Shown here in pieces: positions 37,708-48,493 of a DNA stretch of 64,000 nt. Source of the stretch: a virus (Duplodnaviria; Heunggongvirae; Uroviricota; Caudoviricetes); the IMG/VR virus record IMGVR_UViG_3300043467_001216; one strand, written 5' to 3'. Position 1 is the stretch's first letter. Each line of letters opens with the position of its first letter. Under the pieces are notes generated by a model that saw only the letters and a list, made by a program, of their open reading frames with translations, ran no database searches and had not been told where the DNA came from. The position numbers were made by a program, and so were the translations under genes.

Positions 37708-38314
37708 ATTTGATATCAGTTGATTCTAATAATGTGTAACTAAATTTGTTACCGTGAATTTTAAGTGCTTTTTTACAGATTTTCATAAACTCGTTAAAGT
37801 CTTTAACTCTTTTGAATACTTGACATCCTTCAGACCAGTTTTCAACCCAAGTAGAATCTGTTCCTGCTTTATGGATGTTAATACCAAACATACCTTCATC
37901 AATTAAAGTCTCTTCGAATATTAAATCTTTATTAGCGTCTCTCCATACTTTTACTTTCGCCAATCTTTGACAAAGAGCTTCGTATTTTCCTTGATGTAAA
38001 TCAACCGCCCAAGTAGTTCTATATTGATTTGGAACTAATCTAGCAACACCTTTTTTATTGTGGAATTGTTGAACTCCTTTTTTACCTGGGTCACAGGTTG
38101 CGTTCCAGCAATAGAATTGCCAAACACCTTTCTCATCTTTAAATGAAATTGTGATATGGTCATCAAATACGTTAGTTACTTTTTTAGCAACTGATGGTGC
38201 GTTGTTTCTAACACCAACGATATTAACATCATAACTTTTATTTGATTTGTCCTCAAACCACACATAACCTTTAGCTTTTAAAGCTGATTCAATCTGTTCT
38301 CTTGTATAAGACAT
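37706..38314 (-). CDS. putative cell-wall L,D-peptidase (YkuD/L,D-transpeptidase catalytic fold)
   Basis: GINIHKAGTDSTWVENWSEGCQVF fits the YkuD catalytic signature H-x-G...S-x-G-C-[IV]. Confidence 0.4.
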   Translation of the reverse strand: MSYTREQIESALKAKGYVWFEDKSNKSYDVNIVGVRNNAPSVAKKVTNVFDDHITISFKDEKGVWQFYCWNATCDPGKKGVQQFHNKKGVARLVPNQYRTTWAVDLHQGKYEALCQRLAKVKVWRDANKDLIFEETLIDEGMFGINIHKAGTDSTWVENWSEGCQVFKRVKDFNEFMKICKKALKIHGNKFSYTLLESTDIK

Positions 38315-38463
38315 AATTTAAATTTTTTTGTTTATTTAATTATAAATATGTAGTCGGTTATATTTATTGGTTTAAAAACCCCCGAACTAATGGAAGATAT
38401 TATTGAAGAATTTGAAGAATTTGGTGACCACCTTATTTGTTCTTTTTAAGAGTGGTTATTGAT

Positions 38464-38631
38464 ATGGATGAAACTATTGGAAAATTGATTAAGAAGATAA
38501 TTGATAAACAATTAAACTCGCCGCGGTGTGGCGAGTATTCATCTCAAATTGATTATGATAAAATCATAAAAGATTTAAAGAAATTGAAAAAACGGTTGAG
38601 TTCTGGTATGGTTATTGATGATGATAAGTAA
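38464..38631 (+). CDS. small hypothetical protein
   Basis: ORF trimmed to the internal ATG. Confidence 0.3.
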   Translation: MDETIGKLIKKIIDKQLNSPRCGEYSSQIDYDKIIKDLKKLKKRLSSGMVIDDDK

Positions 38632-38739
38632 AACTTATATTATGATACACAATACCGAAGCCATATTACAAACAACATTAGGTTCTGTTGTTATTTTAGT
38701 TGTAATCACACAATTGATTGTTAGTAAAGTGAAGGGGAA

Positions 38740-39237
38740 TTAAATTGGTTTAACATCACGGTTGTAAATACCCCAATCATCCATTGAACCATCTAAATGG
38801 TCCTGACTCATTTCTTGACCACTAAATAAATCTAACGCACCATCATATTCTAATTCCTTAAATAGATTAATAGCGTCGGAACTATCACCATACGACTCAA
38901 TTTCTTGTGAGTATTCAGTTCTCATTATAATACTTTCAACAACCCAATATGGTACTTGATAAGTATTATATTGAGGTTCAATTAAATTATCGTAATCTTC
39001 GTTTGCTAAACTATCGTCGTTTAATTTAATAAAATTAACAATGTATGATGTGTCAAGTCTTAAATCATCAGATTTAATACCAAATAATTTAAGTAATTTA
39101 CTAACTTGATTTAATATATCACCATATTCGATATAATCAAACTCACGGTCTAAGATATTTTCAAGTAAATCTGTGGTTTTATAAAAACGTTTAACAATCG
39201 CGTGTCTTAATTTTTCGGGTTGTTCTCCTAATCTCAT
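38740..39237 (-). CDS. acidic hypothetical protein
   Basis: ORF on the - strand. Confidence 0.45.
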   Translation of the reverse strand: MRLGEQPEKLRHAIVKRFYKTTDLLENILDREFDYIEYGDILNQVSKLLKLFGIKSDDLRLDTSYIVNFIKLNDDSLANEDYDNLIEPQYNTYQVPYWVVESIIMRTEYSQEIESYGDSSDAINLFKELEYDGALDLFSGQEMSQDHLDGSMDDWGIYNRDVKPI

Positions 39238-39310
39238 AATGTTAAATTTATATGTATAAATAGTTGAGTTGTATAATAAATTTAGTTACCTTTATTAAAA
39301 AGAAAATTAT

Positions 39311-39526
39311 ATGCAAACATTAGTATTTAACACAACAACAAAAACTGCAAAACTTTATGAAGGTATTGCGGAAAGTACAACCCTAATCGCTCACTACACT
39401 GACGTTCCAACTGTGAAAGTTATGGATGATGGGTATTACCAAGTAATGCAAAGAGACGCATTAGAAAAACAATTACCTGTATTAAGAGTTCCAATCGCAA
39501 ACACAAATATGTTTATTAAAGAGTAA
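39311..39526 (+). CDS. hypothetical protein
   Basis: ORF. Confidence 0.35.
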   Translation: MQTLVFNTTTKTAKLYEGIAESTTLIAHYTDVPTVKVMDDGYYQVMQRDALEKQLPVLRVPIANTNMFIKE

Positions 39527-39837
39527 TGAAATCAATCGGTCAAATTTTTAGAAGTAATAGACAATTAATGGATGAACCTGAAGTTCAGGTGTTAATAGAA
39601 TATTGCCGTGAATTGGAAGGGCAAGTTATGGATAGAAAGATTGATGATAATTACGATAAGGAACACGTTCTACGTAGTATGTTAAAGGACATTAGAACAG
39701 GTATTGATGACACATTAAAAGACGACGAGGAATCAATCAGGTTCAATGAAACACCAAGAGTTGATTTCAAAGATGCTATGTTGAATTTGAAAAAATTCCT
39801 TGCCGAAATGTGTTTAATTAACAAAATTATTTTATGA
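39526..39837 (+). CDS. hypothetical protein
   Basis: ORF. Confidence 0.4.
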   Translation: MKSIGQIFRSNRQLMDEPEVQVLIEYCRELEGQVMDRKIDDNYDKEHVLRSMLKDIRTGIDDTLKDDEESIRFNETPRVDFKDAMLNLKKFLAEMCLINKIIL

Positions 39838-40220
39838 AGAAAAGAGTTTATTTAGTCGATATTGATGGGACTATCTGTGATGATATAAAGAATGAAGAGA
39901 GTCATTTATATCCTGACGCTAAAGTATATGATGGTGCTTTAGAAGAATTAAATAAGTTGTATGATGAAGGTAATATAATTACATTCTTCACTGCCAGAGA
40001 AAGTAAAGACCGTGAGGTTACGGAAAAGTGGTTGAACGATAATGGGTTCAAGTATCACGGATTAATCACTGATAAACCAAGAATCAAAGATGCTCAGGAG
40101 TATGTTTGGATTGATAACATTCCAATCAGAGGTATTACCTATAAAGGTAAGTGGTCACCAATCATTGAGAAACAATTATTCTGTGATGAGGTGAAATCAA
40201 TGTTGATGTTTAAGAAATGA
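39834..40220 (+). CDS. HAD-superfamily phosphatase-like protein
   Basis: N-terminal motif I LVDIDGTI (DxDGT). Confidence 0.5.
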   Translation: MKKRVYLVDIDGTICDDIKNEESHLYPDAKVYDGALEELNKLYDEGNIITFFTARESKDREVTEKWLNDNGFKYHGLITDKPRIKDAQEYVWIDNIPIRGITYKGKWSPIIEKQLFCDEVKSMLMFKK

Positions 40221-40248
40221 AAAAAGGGGTCTAATTCGACCCCTTTTC
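40221..40248. terminator. bidirectional terminator AAAAAGGGGTCTAATTCGACCCCTTTTC
   Basis: Lies between the HAD gene stop and the stop of the RlpA-like - strand gene. Confidence 0.7.
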
Positions 40249-40596
40249 AATTGGAATTACTTTTACTCTGATACGTCCCACTTGGTGGTTTGCTAACTTG
40301 CCAAATGATTTTTTACTTAAATCAATTCTGTTTTGTGATTTATTACCCATCCTATCGGTAATTTCAACAGTGTCTGATTTATTGTTTGATAAGTTAACAA
40401 CGATTGCTTTTGAACGTAGTGGTAAGTAATTGTAAGCTGCCGTCGAATATTCTCTATGAACTTTTGGATGTCCTGTTGTATCATACCAAGTTGCGGTGTG
40501 AACGTCAGGTTGAGTGTTCGTTAGTGAGGTTAATGACAGACATAATAAAATAAATATTACTCTCATAGTGTATAAGTATACGTATAATCTTGACAA
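40231..40596 (-). CDS. RlpA-like double-psi beta-barrel protein (secreted)
   Basis: Signal peptide. TATWYDTTGH...TAAYNYLPL...VVNLSNNKSDTVEITDRMGNKSQNRIDLS matches the RlpA/DPBB_1 signature. Confidence 0.6.
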   Translation of the reverse strand: MSRLYVYLYTMRVIFILLCLSLTSLTNTQPDVHTATWYDTTGHPKVHREYSTAAYNYLPLRSKAIVVNLSNNKSDTVEITDRMGNKSQNRIDLSKKSFGKLANHQVGRIRVKVIPIEKGSN

Positions 40597-40633
40597 AAGG
40601 AAACCATTGAGTATTTATTAATAAAAATCTGAT

Positions 40634-41836
40634 ATGAAACATAAAATAATGATTACTGAATCTCAGTATAAAAAATTATTGAGGGGTATTAATGAACAAC
40701 AGAATAAAAATTTTTCACCTCAGTTAAGTTTTGGGCGTAAATCAGCACCTTGGTTGAGTGCAATTTTTGGAAATAAGCAAGATGGTTATACTATTTATTT
40801 ACCACAGTCAATAAAAACTGAAGAAGTTAACAGTCTTATTAGTGACGATGAAGTTAAAGAGTTAAATAAAAGTGGGTATGGGCAAAGATTATCTTATCAA
40901 TTGGGTGAACGTAACGGAAGTCATTTTATGGGTACAATGAGACAAATAAACCCAAAATACCGAGCTCTAATAATTAAAACGTATCAAATGCTTATTGAAA
41001 GTGGGGTTAAAAATCCGAAACTTAAATTTGAGAGAACTGAAAAAACAACAACAACTAAACCAACAGGTGAACCTGGAGGTGAAATACCGTTTACTAAAAA
41101 GTTTCCTGTTAAAGATGATTTAAAAAGTGAAAAATATTTTGTTGATAATAGTTGGGCGTTAGATATACAATTTGTTACAAAATTTAGAGAAACTACCCTT
41201 AAAAATATTAAAGATGAATTGTCAAATACACCTAACGGTCAAGGTGTTTTAAATGGAATCACAGTTAGAACATCTTGTTCAACATTACCTAATGGTAAAT
41301 CACCTGATGGTAAAGTTCACACATTTGCTGAATTATCTAAATTAAGAAACAAATCGGCAAAAGATTTTGTTCTTAAAGAATTACAATCAATTGGGGTTAA
41401 GATATCACCTGAATTAATTTATGAAGATGATTGGGAAGGTGGTCTTACGGGTAAATATTTAGGGGCGTCAAGTAACAGTGGTAATATTTGGGGTCAACCT
41501 GGAGCGTCAAAAAACACTGATGATTATGAACAGGATAAATATTTAGAAATTGCCTTAGATTTGGTTATTTCAGGTAAGAGAAAAATCCCTATTGACCCAA
41601 CTAATGAGGATGGAACGAAAAATGTTAGTTATGATTATGTTGCGGCATTTTATGTTCCTGATATTCCACGTACTATACCAACTATTGACCTTGCTTGGGT
41701 TTGGAATCCAAAAACCCAATCTAAATGTAAAATTGGTGAACCAAATACTCAAATGAAATGTGAAACTTGGGGTGAAGGTCCTAAAGATTGGTCAACCAAT
41801 ATGAAAGGTAAAATTCATTGGGGAACTGAAGATTAA
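40634..41836 (+). CDS. hypothetical protein (400 aa)
   Basis: ORF. Confidence 0.5.
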   Translation: MKHKIMITESQYKKLLRGINEQQNKNFSPQLSFGRKSAPWLSAIFGNKQDGYTIYLPQSIKTEEVNSLISDDEVKELNKSGYGQRLSYQLGERNGSHFMGTMRQINPKYRALIIKTYQMLIESGVKNPKLKFERTEKTTTTKPTGEPGGEIPFTKKFPVKDDLKSEKYFVDNSWALDIQFVTKFRETTLKNIKDELSNTPNGQGVLNGITVRTSCSTLPNGKSPDGKVHTFAELSKLRNKSAKDFVLKELQSIGVKISPELIYEDDWEGGLTGKYLGASSNSGNIWGQPGASKNTDDYEQDKYLEIALDLVISGKRKIPIDPTNEDGTKNVSYDYVAAFYVPDIPRTIPTIDLAWVWNPKTQSKCKIGEPNTQMKCETWGEGPKDWSTNMKGKIHWGTED

Positions 41837-41842
41837 TAAAAA

Positions 41843-41868
41843 AAGGGAGATAATACTCCCTTTTTTTA
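41843..41868. terminator. bidirectional terminator AAAAAGGGAGATAATACTCCCTTTTTTT
   Basis: Between convergent genes. Confidence 0.7.
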
Positions 41869-42423
41869 TTTACAACGAATTACTATGTGAATGGTTGAGT
41901 CTTCAAGAGTGAATCCAAAACCAAATTCTTTGTATTTTTCGTCAAGTAATATTGACATATGTGGTTTAGATGCTACAAAGATATCGAAGATACATTCAGA
42001 TACTAATTTATTGAAGTCACCATCAGTTTTTTTGATTAGTGTGAACGTTTCGATAGGTAACATACTAATACATTCGGCACCTTTAGTTATCTTATCGTGA
42101 CAGTACTTCTTTACTAATTTTTTAGAGTATTTTTGACAATCAATGGTTAATTGTTTGTCTTCAACAACTGAACATTTACCATAGTCATTTCTGAATTCAT
42201 TGAATGATTCAAACAAATATGATTTTATTTTGTTAGTGTCTATTTTTGAATTAACTGAGTCTAAGTAGTCATATCTAAAACTAACTAAACCGTTTATTGG
42301 TTGAACAACTGAAGTTTTACTGTTGAAGTCAAATAACCATACTTTAGAGTGTAGTTTGTAACCACTTTGAGCGTTAACGTTTAACGTTACTAAGATTGTC
42401 AATATCAAGATTAATGTTTTCAT
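41866..42423 (-). CDS. secreted hypothetical protein
   Basis: N-terminal signal peptide MKTLILILTILVTLNVNAQ. Confidence 0.45.
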   Translation of the reverse strand: MKTLILILTILVTLNVNAQSGYKLHSKVWLFDFNSKTSVVQPINGLVSFRYDYLDSVNSKIDTNKIKSYLFESFNEFRNDYGKCSVVEDKQLTIDCQKYSKKLVKKYCHDKITKGAECISMLPIETFTLIKKTDGDFNKLVSECIFDIFVASKPHMSILLDEKYKEFGFGFTLEDSTIHIVIRCK

Positions 42424-42507
42424 AGTATGATGTGTTTGTCTTATAAAAATACAATAATTATTCTTTACTCAAACAATTTCTTGAATATTTATTAATAAAC
42501 TTTTAGA

Positions 42508-44172
42508 ATGAGAAATATATTAGCCGAACAAATTAGTAAGATGCAATCTATGATGGGTATTCAAGATGACTTACTACTTGAAGCTTCGAAATTAAAAATA
42601 TTAACAGACAAAGAAGGTTTAGACCAAGACCAAGCGGAATTACTTGATGAGTTATGCGGTGGGTTATCGGTTTGGATGTTAAGTAAGATAAAAGATTTCC
42701 AAAGAGAAACGGCTAGAATTAGAAATATGGAGGATTTATCCGATAAAGCAATGATTAATTTAATAAATGTCAATGGGTTAACTAGTAGGATAAGACCAAA
42801 CATTATTAATGTTATGGATTGGGTTCGAGTTGGGTTGAATAGTAATGTTAAACCATTTAAAAACTTAACATTACAAGAGTTAGATAAGAAAGCTAAGGAA
42901 TGGCACGAATCATTGAGTATTGGTCAAGGTGATATTAATTATGTTGAGAAAAATGACATAATTAAAGACTTCCGTGATGAAAATGGTAATGGGTTTTATT
43001 GGGCTGACTTGAATACTAAGGATTCGAAGGAAGAGTCTGAAAGAATGGGTCACTGTGGTCGTTCAAATTATGGGTATATATATTCATTAAGAGAAACAAA
43101 ACCTATTAATGATAAATTCAAAATCAATAGAAGTCATTTAACAACCGCAATTGGACATGATGGTATTATGTATCAATTAAAAGGTCCTAAGAACTCTAAA
43201 CCTAAAGAAGAATACCATAACTACATTTTACCATTGTTTTATGTGTTAGGTGGTGAAGGTGAAGAAGATGATTATTTAGTTAAAGGATTTGGAACCGAAT
43301 ACGCGTCACAACAGGATTTCAAATTAAGTGACTTACCTGATGATGTTATCAGAGAGTTATATCGAAATAGACCTGAATTGTTTGAAGGTAGAGTGATGAT
43401 GAGAAAATTGGTTGATATGGGTATAATTGATGCTCCTAATGTTAACTATAATATTACACTTAATATAGACCCTGATGATGTTACAAGATATGTTGATGGT
43501 GATTACGTTTATAGAAGATATAAGAAAAAGGTTACAACACCTGCGGGTCAAGAATATGAAAGAACTGTTGAAGTTACAATGTTTGAATTAATATTAGCGG
43601 GAGAAACTTGGGATTTATATTATAATGACTATACGGATTGGAGAGATTGTCTTAACTATTACGTAGATGATAAGAATGAACAAGAAATTAGAGAAATTTT
43701 AAGAAAAGTTGCTGAACGTGATGATGATGAATTCATTGCTGAAGATTTTGACGAAATGGATATTGAGGATATTATTGAAGAATATGATGATAATCATAGT
43801 ATACAAAGTGCGTTAGGTAATGCTCAAAGTAACGCTGAAGCGGATGATTACTCTAATTATTTATATGGATTATTAAAAGATGCGTTACAAGAATATGGGA
43901 CAATTGAGAAAATGAATGATGAGGGGGTAATCTTACATATAGATACACAACGATATTTTGATGATGTTCATTCTGATTATCTTGATGAATATTTTGAAAG
44001 ATGTGATGATGATATTGAATGTACCTTTAAGGAACTTGCGTATGAAGGTGAAATTGAAAAACCAAAGTGGGACCCTGATGATAGATGGTATCCAAGCGTT
44101 GATAAAAATAACTATAATGAAATGTTATCCGATTATCTCTACGATGTAAGAAGTGAATATAATGTAAAATAA
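42508..44172 (+). CDS. hypothetical protein (554 aa, acidic C-terminus)
   Basis: ORF. Confidence 0.5.
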   Translation: MRNILAEQISKMQSMMGIQDDLLLEASKLKILTDKEGLDQDQAELLDELCGGLSVWMLSKIKDFQRETARIRNMEDLSDKAMINLINVNGLTSRIRPNIINVMDWVRVGLNSNVKPFKNLTLQELDKKAKEWHESLSIGQGDINYVEKNDIIKDFRDENGNGFYWADLNTKDSKEESERMGHCGRSNYGYIYSLRETKPINDKFKINRSHLTTAIGHDGIMYQLKGPKNSKPKEEYHNYILPLFYVLGGEGEEDDYLVKGFGTEYASQQDFKLSDLPDDVIRELYRNRPELFEGRVMMRKLVDMGIIDAPNVNYNITLNIDPDDVTRYVDGDYVYRRYKKKVTTPAGQEYERTVEVTMFELILAGETWDLYYNDYTDWRDCLNYYVDDKNEQEIREILRKVAERDDDEFIAEDFDEMDIEDIIEEYDDNHSIQSALGNAQSNAEADDYSNYLYGLLKDALQEYGTIEKMNDEGVILHIDTQRYFDDVHSDYLDEYFERCDDDIECTFKELAYEGEIEKPKWDPDDRWYPSVDKNNYNEMLSDYLYDVRSEYNVK

Positions 44173-44176
44173 TTTA

Positions 44177-44205
44177 AACCCCCAGGTAAAATTGGGGGTT
44201 TTTTA
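44177..44205 (+). terminator. intrinsic terminator AAACCCCCAGGTAAAATTGGGGGTTTTTTATT
   Basis: After the 42508..44172 gene. Confidence 0.8.
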
Positions 44206-44229
44206 TTTGGTAGATGTTTGGATATGTAT

Positions 44230-44237
44230 TATATTTG
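44230..44237 (+). promoter_or_regulatory. TATATTTG -7-like promoter element
   Basis: After the terminator at 44177-44205 and before the lipoprotein ATG at 44255. Confidence 0.4.
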
Positions 44238-44254
44238 TTAAAAATGTAACGGAT

Positions 44255-44560
44255 ATGAGAAAAGTAGTTTTATTAGGGTTGTTAGTTTTGGGGGTGGTGT
44301 CTTGTAAAAAAGAAGATAAAGTATTAATGAAGTATGCCTACATCACTCAGGACAACGTAGACTATAAAAACGAGAAAGGTTACGGTGTTATAACAACACA
44401 CTTATGTCCGGTAGATAAGTCAGTATCTTCTGTAGATATTGAGAACGAGAGAAGTAATCAAAAATACTTAACTGAAATGAAAGGTAAAGAAATATTGGCT
44501 GACACCTTGGTTGATATTAATTCTGATGTTACCAAAATTTTATTTAGTAGATTAAAATAA
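44255..44560 (+). CDS. putative lipoprotein
   Basis: MRKVVLLGLLVLGVVSC lipobox. Start moved downstream of the promoter motif at 44230. Confidence 0.45.
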   Translation: MRKVVLLGLLVLGVVSCKKEDKVLMKYAYITQDNVDYKNEKGYGVITTHLCPVDKSVSSVDIENERSNQKYLTEMKGKEILADTLVDINSDVTKILFSRLK

Positions 44561-44749
44561 TATTTATACATTTGTAAAAACGATAAGAGTTATGGAAAGA
44601 TTTTCAATGAGAGAAGTGTTAAAGGAGAAATACGGTGAAACTGAGAAAAACACTAAAACTGCCAAGTCAACTAAGAAAGTTGAGAAGAAGGGTAACTATG
44701 TTGTGAAGATAGTAGATGGTGTTAAATATATGGTTTTAAAATAATAGAT

Positions 44750-45082
44750 ATGTTAAATATAGTTTCAAAAACATTAATGGTTGATATTGAGAATGATATC
44801 ACATTACATAACGGAGCGATTACAATGAAGGTATTACATCAAGCGTATATTAATCAAGATAATGAAGGTGAAATTTACGTTGATGTTGAATTAACCGACT
44901 ACTTAAACGTTAAATTTTTAGGTAAAGAAATTGATTATTCAAAGTTGAAATTAAATTTGAAACAGTTAGATGTTGACCTTGACGAATTAGTTCAAAATTC
45001 AGTGGTAGATATTGTAACTGATGAGGATGTAGAATATTTAAAACAATTGTATTTAACAATTAAATCACCATATACGAAATAA
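44750..45082 (+). CDS. hypothetical protein
   Basis: ORF. Confidence 0.4.
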   Translation: MLNIVSKTLMVDIENDITLHNGAITMKVLHQAYINQDNEGEIYVDVELTDYLNVKFLGKEIDYSKLKLNLKQLDVDLDELVQNSVVDIVTDEDVEYLKQLYLTIKSPYTK

Positions 45083-45085
45083 GAT

Positions 45086-45622
45086 ATGCAAAACAGGGCT
45101 AAAACAGGTATTGAATTTGAAAACTTAGTTCAAGTTGATGGTTGGGTGAAAAAAACCAAATCACCAAGAATGAAGTGGAGTGGTAAAGGTAGAACTATAT
45201 TCGACAAGATTAAGTCGGTAGATTACGACCCAACTCGTTTTATCTTGGACGAGACGGTTGAGATTAGTAAATATGATATCTTTCACCCTGAAACAAAAAG
45301 ATATCGTGAGGTAAAGAAATATAATAAAGACACGTTTAATGGTTGGTTATTATATTCTGAACCGTATTTTAAAATGGCTTCGAAACATTTTTTACATAAA
45401 ATAAATGTTGAAGATTATAATAACTTTGTTGAGGAGTTTTATAATCATAATCTTAATACCGGTTTATTTGATAGAGTTATCAAATTGATAAATGAAAAAA
45501 GTGAGGGGATTAGGGTTGTTGATGGGTTTATACCCAAGGAAGAGTTAGAGTTTAGAACAATTATTGATAGAAACAATTGGATGGGTTATTATAGAATTAC
45601 TATTCAAGTAAAAAGAAAGTGA
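45086..45622 (+). CDS. hypothetical protein
   Basis: ORF. Confidence 0.45.
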   Translation: MQNRAKTGIEFENLVQVDGWVKKTKSPRMKWSGKGRTIFDKIKSVDYDPTRFILDETVEISKYDIFHPETKRYREVKKYNKDTFNGWLLYSEPYFKMASKHFLHKINVEDYNNFVEEFYNHNLNTGLFDRVIKLINEKSEGIRVVDGFIPKEELEFRTIIDRNNWMGYYRITIQVKRK

Positions 45623-45623
45623 T

Positions 45624-45944
45624 ATGACATTTGAAAATTTTTTTAAGATACTTGATTGTTACAAGAGAGGGTCTGAAATGATATCAGACCTTCACGATTT
45701 TGGTTTTGATTTGATGGAGGGTAAATTTAAATTATCCGATATTTTATACGAACAATTACAACACTCAATACGTTCTGTTTATGGTGATGAAGGATTGGAT
45801 TGGGTGGAATGGTTCATATTTGAAAATAAGTATGGTGAGGGTGATTTTGTTATGGAGGCTTGGCACGAAGATGAATTAATCTGTCAAACATATGAAGAAT
45901 TATATAAATATTTAGAAAAACATCATAAATTATGTACACATTAA
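45624..45944 (+). CDS. hypothetical protein
   Basis: ORF. Confidence 0.4.
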   Translation: MTFENFFKILDCYKRGSEMISDLHDFGFDLMEGKFKLSDILYEQLQHSIRSVYGDEGLDWVEWFIFENKYGEGDFVMEAWHEDELICQTYEELYKYLEKHHKLCTH

Positions 45945-46222
45945 AAAGAAGTGATGGTTTAGTTAAAAGGTCCGAAGATATTAGATGGATTGAGTTTAAC
46001 GAAGAAGGTAGTGGTAAAGAAATGCACGAAAAACCTGATGTTGGTTTAAGTTTAATTATGTCACCATTCAATATGTTTTATACTTGGATGACAACTGAGG
46101 TTACAGAACTATTGGAAAGTTCAGAAAATTATATTAAATTTAGGACTAAGAATAGTGATTACGAATTAATTAAAGAAGACGATGACTTGGATAAACCCGG
46201 AAGCTTGGATGAAGAATCTTGA
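45932..46222 (+). CDS. hypothetical protein
   Basis: ORF. Confidence 0.4.
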   Translation: MYTLKRSDGLVKRSEDIRWIEFNEEGSGKEMHEKPDVGLSLIMSPFNMFYTWMTTEVTELLESSENYIKFRTKNSDYELIKEDDDLDKPGSLDEES

Positions 46223-46577
46223 TGCCAAGCCAATTAACTTTAACTTAGATACTAAACTTAAAACTTATGATGAGTATCTTAAAGATAACTTCTTCTATAA
46301 GTTTGGTGAGGTGTTTAGAACCTTAGTCGGGACTAAATTTATGTGTTACGAAGGTGATGAATTAATTACTAAAACAATTAAGGAAATCAAGTTCAACGCT
46401 GATATAGTATACGATGAGGTCCGTAAAGAATATGTTGATAAGAAAAACAAATTTGTTGCTTTACACGAGTTACCAATGCCGAATGATTACACAGGATATA
46501 AATTGTTTATGTTTGTAATTAGTGATGACGACATTCAATATAATTTTAGTGAAATTTATTTAAAACCTGAGAAATGA
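46209..46577 (+). CDS. hypothetical protein
   Basis: ORF trimmed to an internal ATG. Confidence 0.4.
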   Translation: MKNLDAKPINFNLDTKLKTYDEYLKDNFFYKFGEVFRTLVGTKFMCYEGDELITKTIKEIKFNADIVYDEVRKEYVDKKNKFVALHELPMPNDYTGYKLFMFVISDDDIQYNFSEIYLKPEK

Positions 46578-46721
46578 GAAGAGTTAAAATCCCCATTGAT
46601 GCGGCAGTCAAGGTAATACCTGAGATTGCTAACATAGGTAGTTTACCAAGAAAGAAAAAGAAACAAATGAAAAAGTACTTTGATAAAGTCTTTATGGATA
46701 AATTTTATAAATGGTTAGAAA

Positions 46722-46940
46722 ATGGAAAACGATAAATATGATAAAATGTTGGAGCGTTTAATTGAGGATGCTTTAAAATATGGTTCAGGTTTGGAGGCGG
46801 CTATAGACCATCTTAATCTGGGTTTTGTTCATCTGTATAGACATTTAAATGGTGATGATAAACAAAATCTGTTACAAGACTTACAGGAGTATAATGAAAA
46901 ACTAAAAAAGATATTAGTGGATGAAGGAGATAGCGTTTAG
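46722..46940 (+). CDS. hypothetical protein
   Basis: ORF. Confidence 0.35.
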   Translation: MENDKYDKMLERLIEDALKYGSGLEAAIDHLNLGFVHLYRHLNGDDKQNLLQDLQEYNEKLKKILVDEGDSV

Positions 46941-47104
46941 TATTGGTGGTTTGTTGGTATTCTTAACTGTTATATTAATGGTTAATTATTCTTTGAGATT
47001 AAAAAGTTTTGGGTTCGATAATAAGAAGTATTTTAATTTTTTAGTATATTTGTTATTCGTAGAAATGTTATTATTAGGAATCAGTCAAATTATACTTTAA
47101 GATT

Positions 47105-47359
47105 ATGGCAGCAATTACAATGAGTGAGGTGAAGATAGGTAGAACAACATATCCTGTTAAGAGTGGTGATTATATTTTATATAATGGTGCTTGTTATCAG
47201 TTTATAGCTGGTGATGGTAGAACTTTGAAACAAGAAGGTTTTACCGGTTATAGTAATTTGAAAATGCCTATGACATTAATTAAGAAAATACCGTTCATCA
47301 GAATGACAAAAGTTAGTTTCAATAAAAATGGGGTGGATTTAGTAAAATGGTATTTCTAA
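47105..47359 (+). CDS. hypothetical protein
   Basis: ORF. Confidence 0.4.
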   Translation: MAAITMSEVKIGRTTYPVKSGDYILYNGACYQFIAGDGRTLKQEGFTGYSNLKMPMTLIKKIPFIRMTKVSFNKNGVDLVKWYF

Positions 47360-47685
47360 ATATAAGGATTACCAAACTCTTTTAAACTATTAAACATATC
47401 TTCGATACGTTTACATTCTTTAATGAAGTTAGATGCAATCTCAGGGGGTAATTGGAACCATTCAGTTCCCCCTTCCAACAAATACTTAAAGTAATCTCGT
47501 TTCATTACCGTTTCAATTTTTGTGTAGTATTCTGATTGGTGTTTACGTAGTAAGACTAACTCGTGAGGGTTTGAAGTCTGATGGGCTTTTAGTCTTAATT
47601 GGGGGTCATTTTTTGAGATACCGATTTTATATCGTTCAGGTTCGGAACCCCATTCAACTATTAGATATACATAACCATAATCCAT
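47356..47685 (-). CDS. T5orf172/MUG113 (GIY-YIG-like) domain protein
   Basis: YVYLIVEWG....YKIGISKNDPQLRLKAHQTSNPHEL matches the T5orf172 signature. Confidence 0.5.
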   Translation of the reverse strand: MDYGYVYLIVEWGSEPERYKIGISKNDPQLRLKAHQTSNPHELVLLRKHQSEYYTKIETVMKRDYFKYLLEGGTEWFQLPPEIASNFIKECKRIEDMFNSLKEFGNPYI

Positions 47686-47720
47686 ATGGTTAAATGTAAA
47701 TCAAGGGGATTTTAAGTAAA

Positions 47721-48191
47721 TTATTCTTCCTTTCTTATGAATTTTATTTTATTAACATCAATATCAACACTACCCATATATTCAGGGTCTAATTCACCAT
47801 TATAGTACATTTTTGTGTAGAATTTATATTCTTTTGGTAAATATCTGTGATACTTGTTAAGTTGTTTTTTTAAGTCAAAATAGTCCTTAAAACAAGGTCT
47901 GTTTTCAAAACCATCCATTGATGAGTATTGTAGTGGTGCACATAAAGAATAACCAGTCCTCATAAATTCATATTCACTAAAATAGCTAATTACAGGTACT
48001 TTAAAATAATCAGATAATTTATCAACATCTACTATAATATCAATACCAACTATTGTTGAATATCTATTAGGTTCATTATCGGTAAATTCCCAACCAACAA
48101 TATACGGGTATTTTTTATGAATTGTTTTAAGCAACATATCAATACCTTTTAATTGGTTTTCGGTTGGTTCATCTCTAAAAATCTTGAACAT
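47721..48191 (-). CDS. hypothetical protein
   Basis: ORF on the - strand. Confidence 0.45.
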   Translation of the reverse strand: MFKIFRDEPTENQLKGIDMLLKTIHKKYPYIVGWEFTDNEPNRYSTIVGIDIIVDVDKLSDYFKVPVISYFSEYEFMRTGYSLCAPLQYSSMDGFENRPCFKDYFDLKKQLNKYHRYLPKEYKFYTKMYYNGELDPEYMGSVDIDVNKIKFIRKEE

Positions 48192-48253
48192 ACAAATAAA
48201 TAGTTTTGTTTTTAAAATTAAAAAGTTATCTTTGTTCTATAAATATATCACTT

Positions 48254-48493
48254 ATGAGAAAGACGTGTAATGTAGTTGAAATGTTAGAATACGCAAATAT
48301 GCAATTGGCTAGAACTGATGAGTTTGCAACTAAAGATTTTAAAGTCGGTATTAGTGTAATGATTGAACATATATTACACTTAACAGGTAATTATTCAGGG
48401 TTTATGTTTATTAATAACGAAGATTCTGACACAGGAACGTTAGGTTATTACAGTAGATATTATTTTACTAACAGAAAATTGGAGAAAAAATGA
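48254..48493 (+). CDS. hypothetical protein
   Basis: ORF trimmed to an internal ATG. Confidence 0.3.
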   Translation: MRKTCNVVEMLEYANMQLARTDEFATKDFKVGISVMIEHILHLTGNYSGFMFINNEDSDTGTLGYYSRYYFTNRKLEKK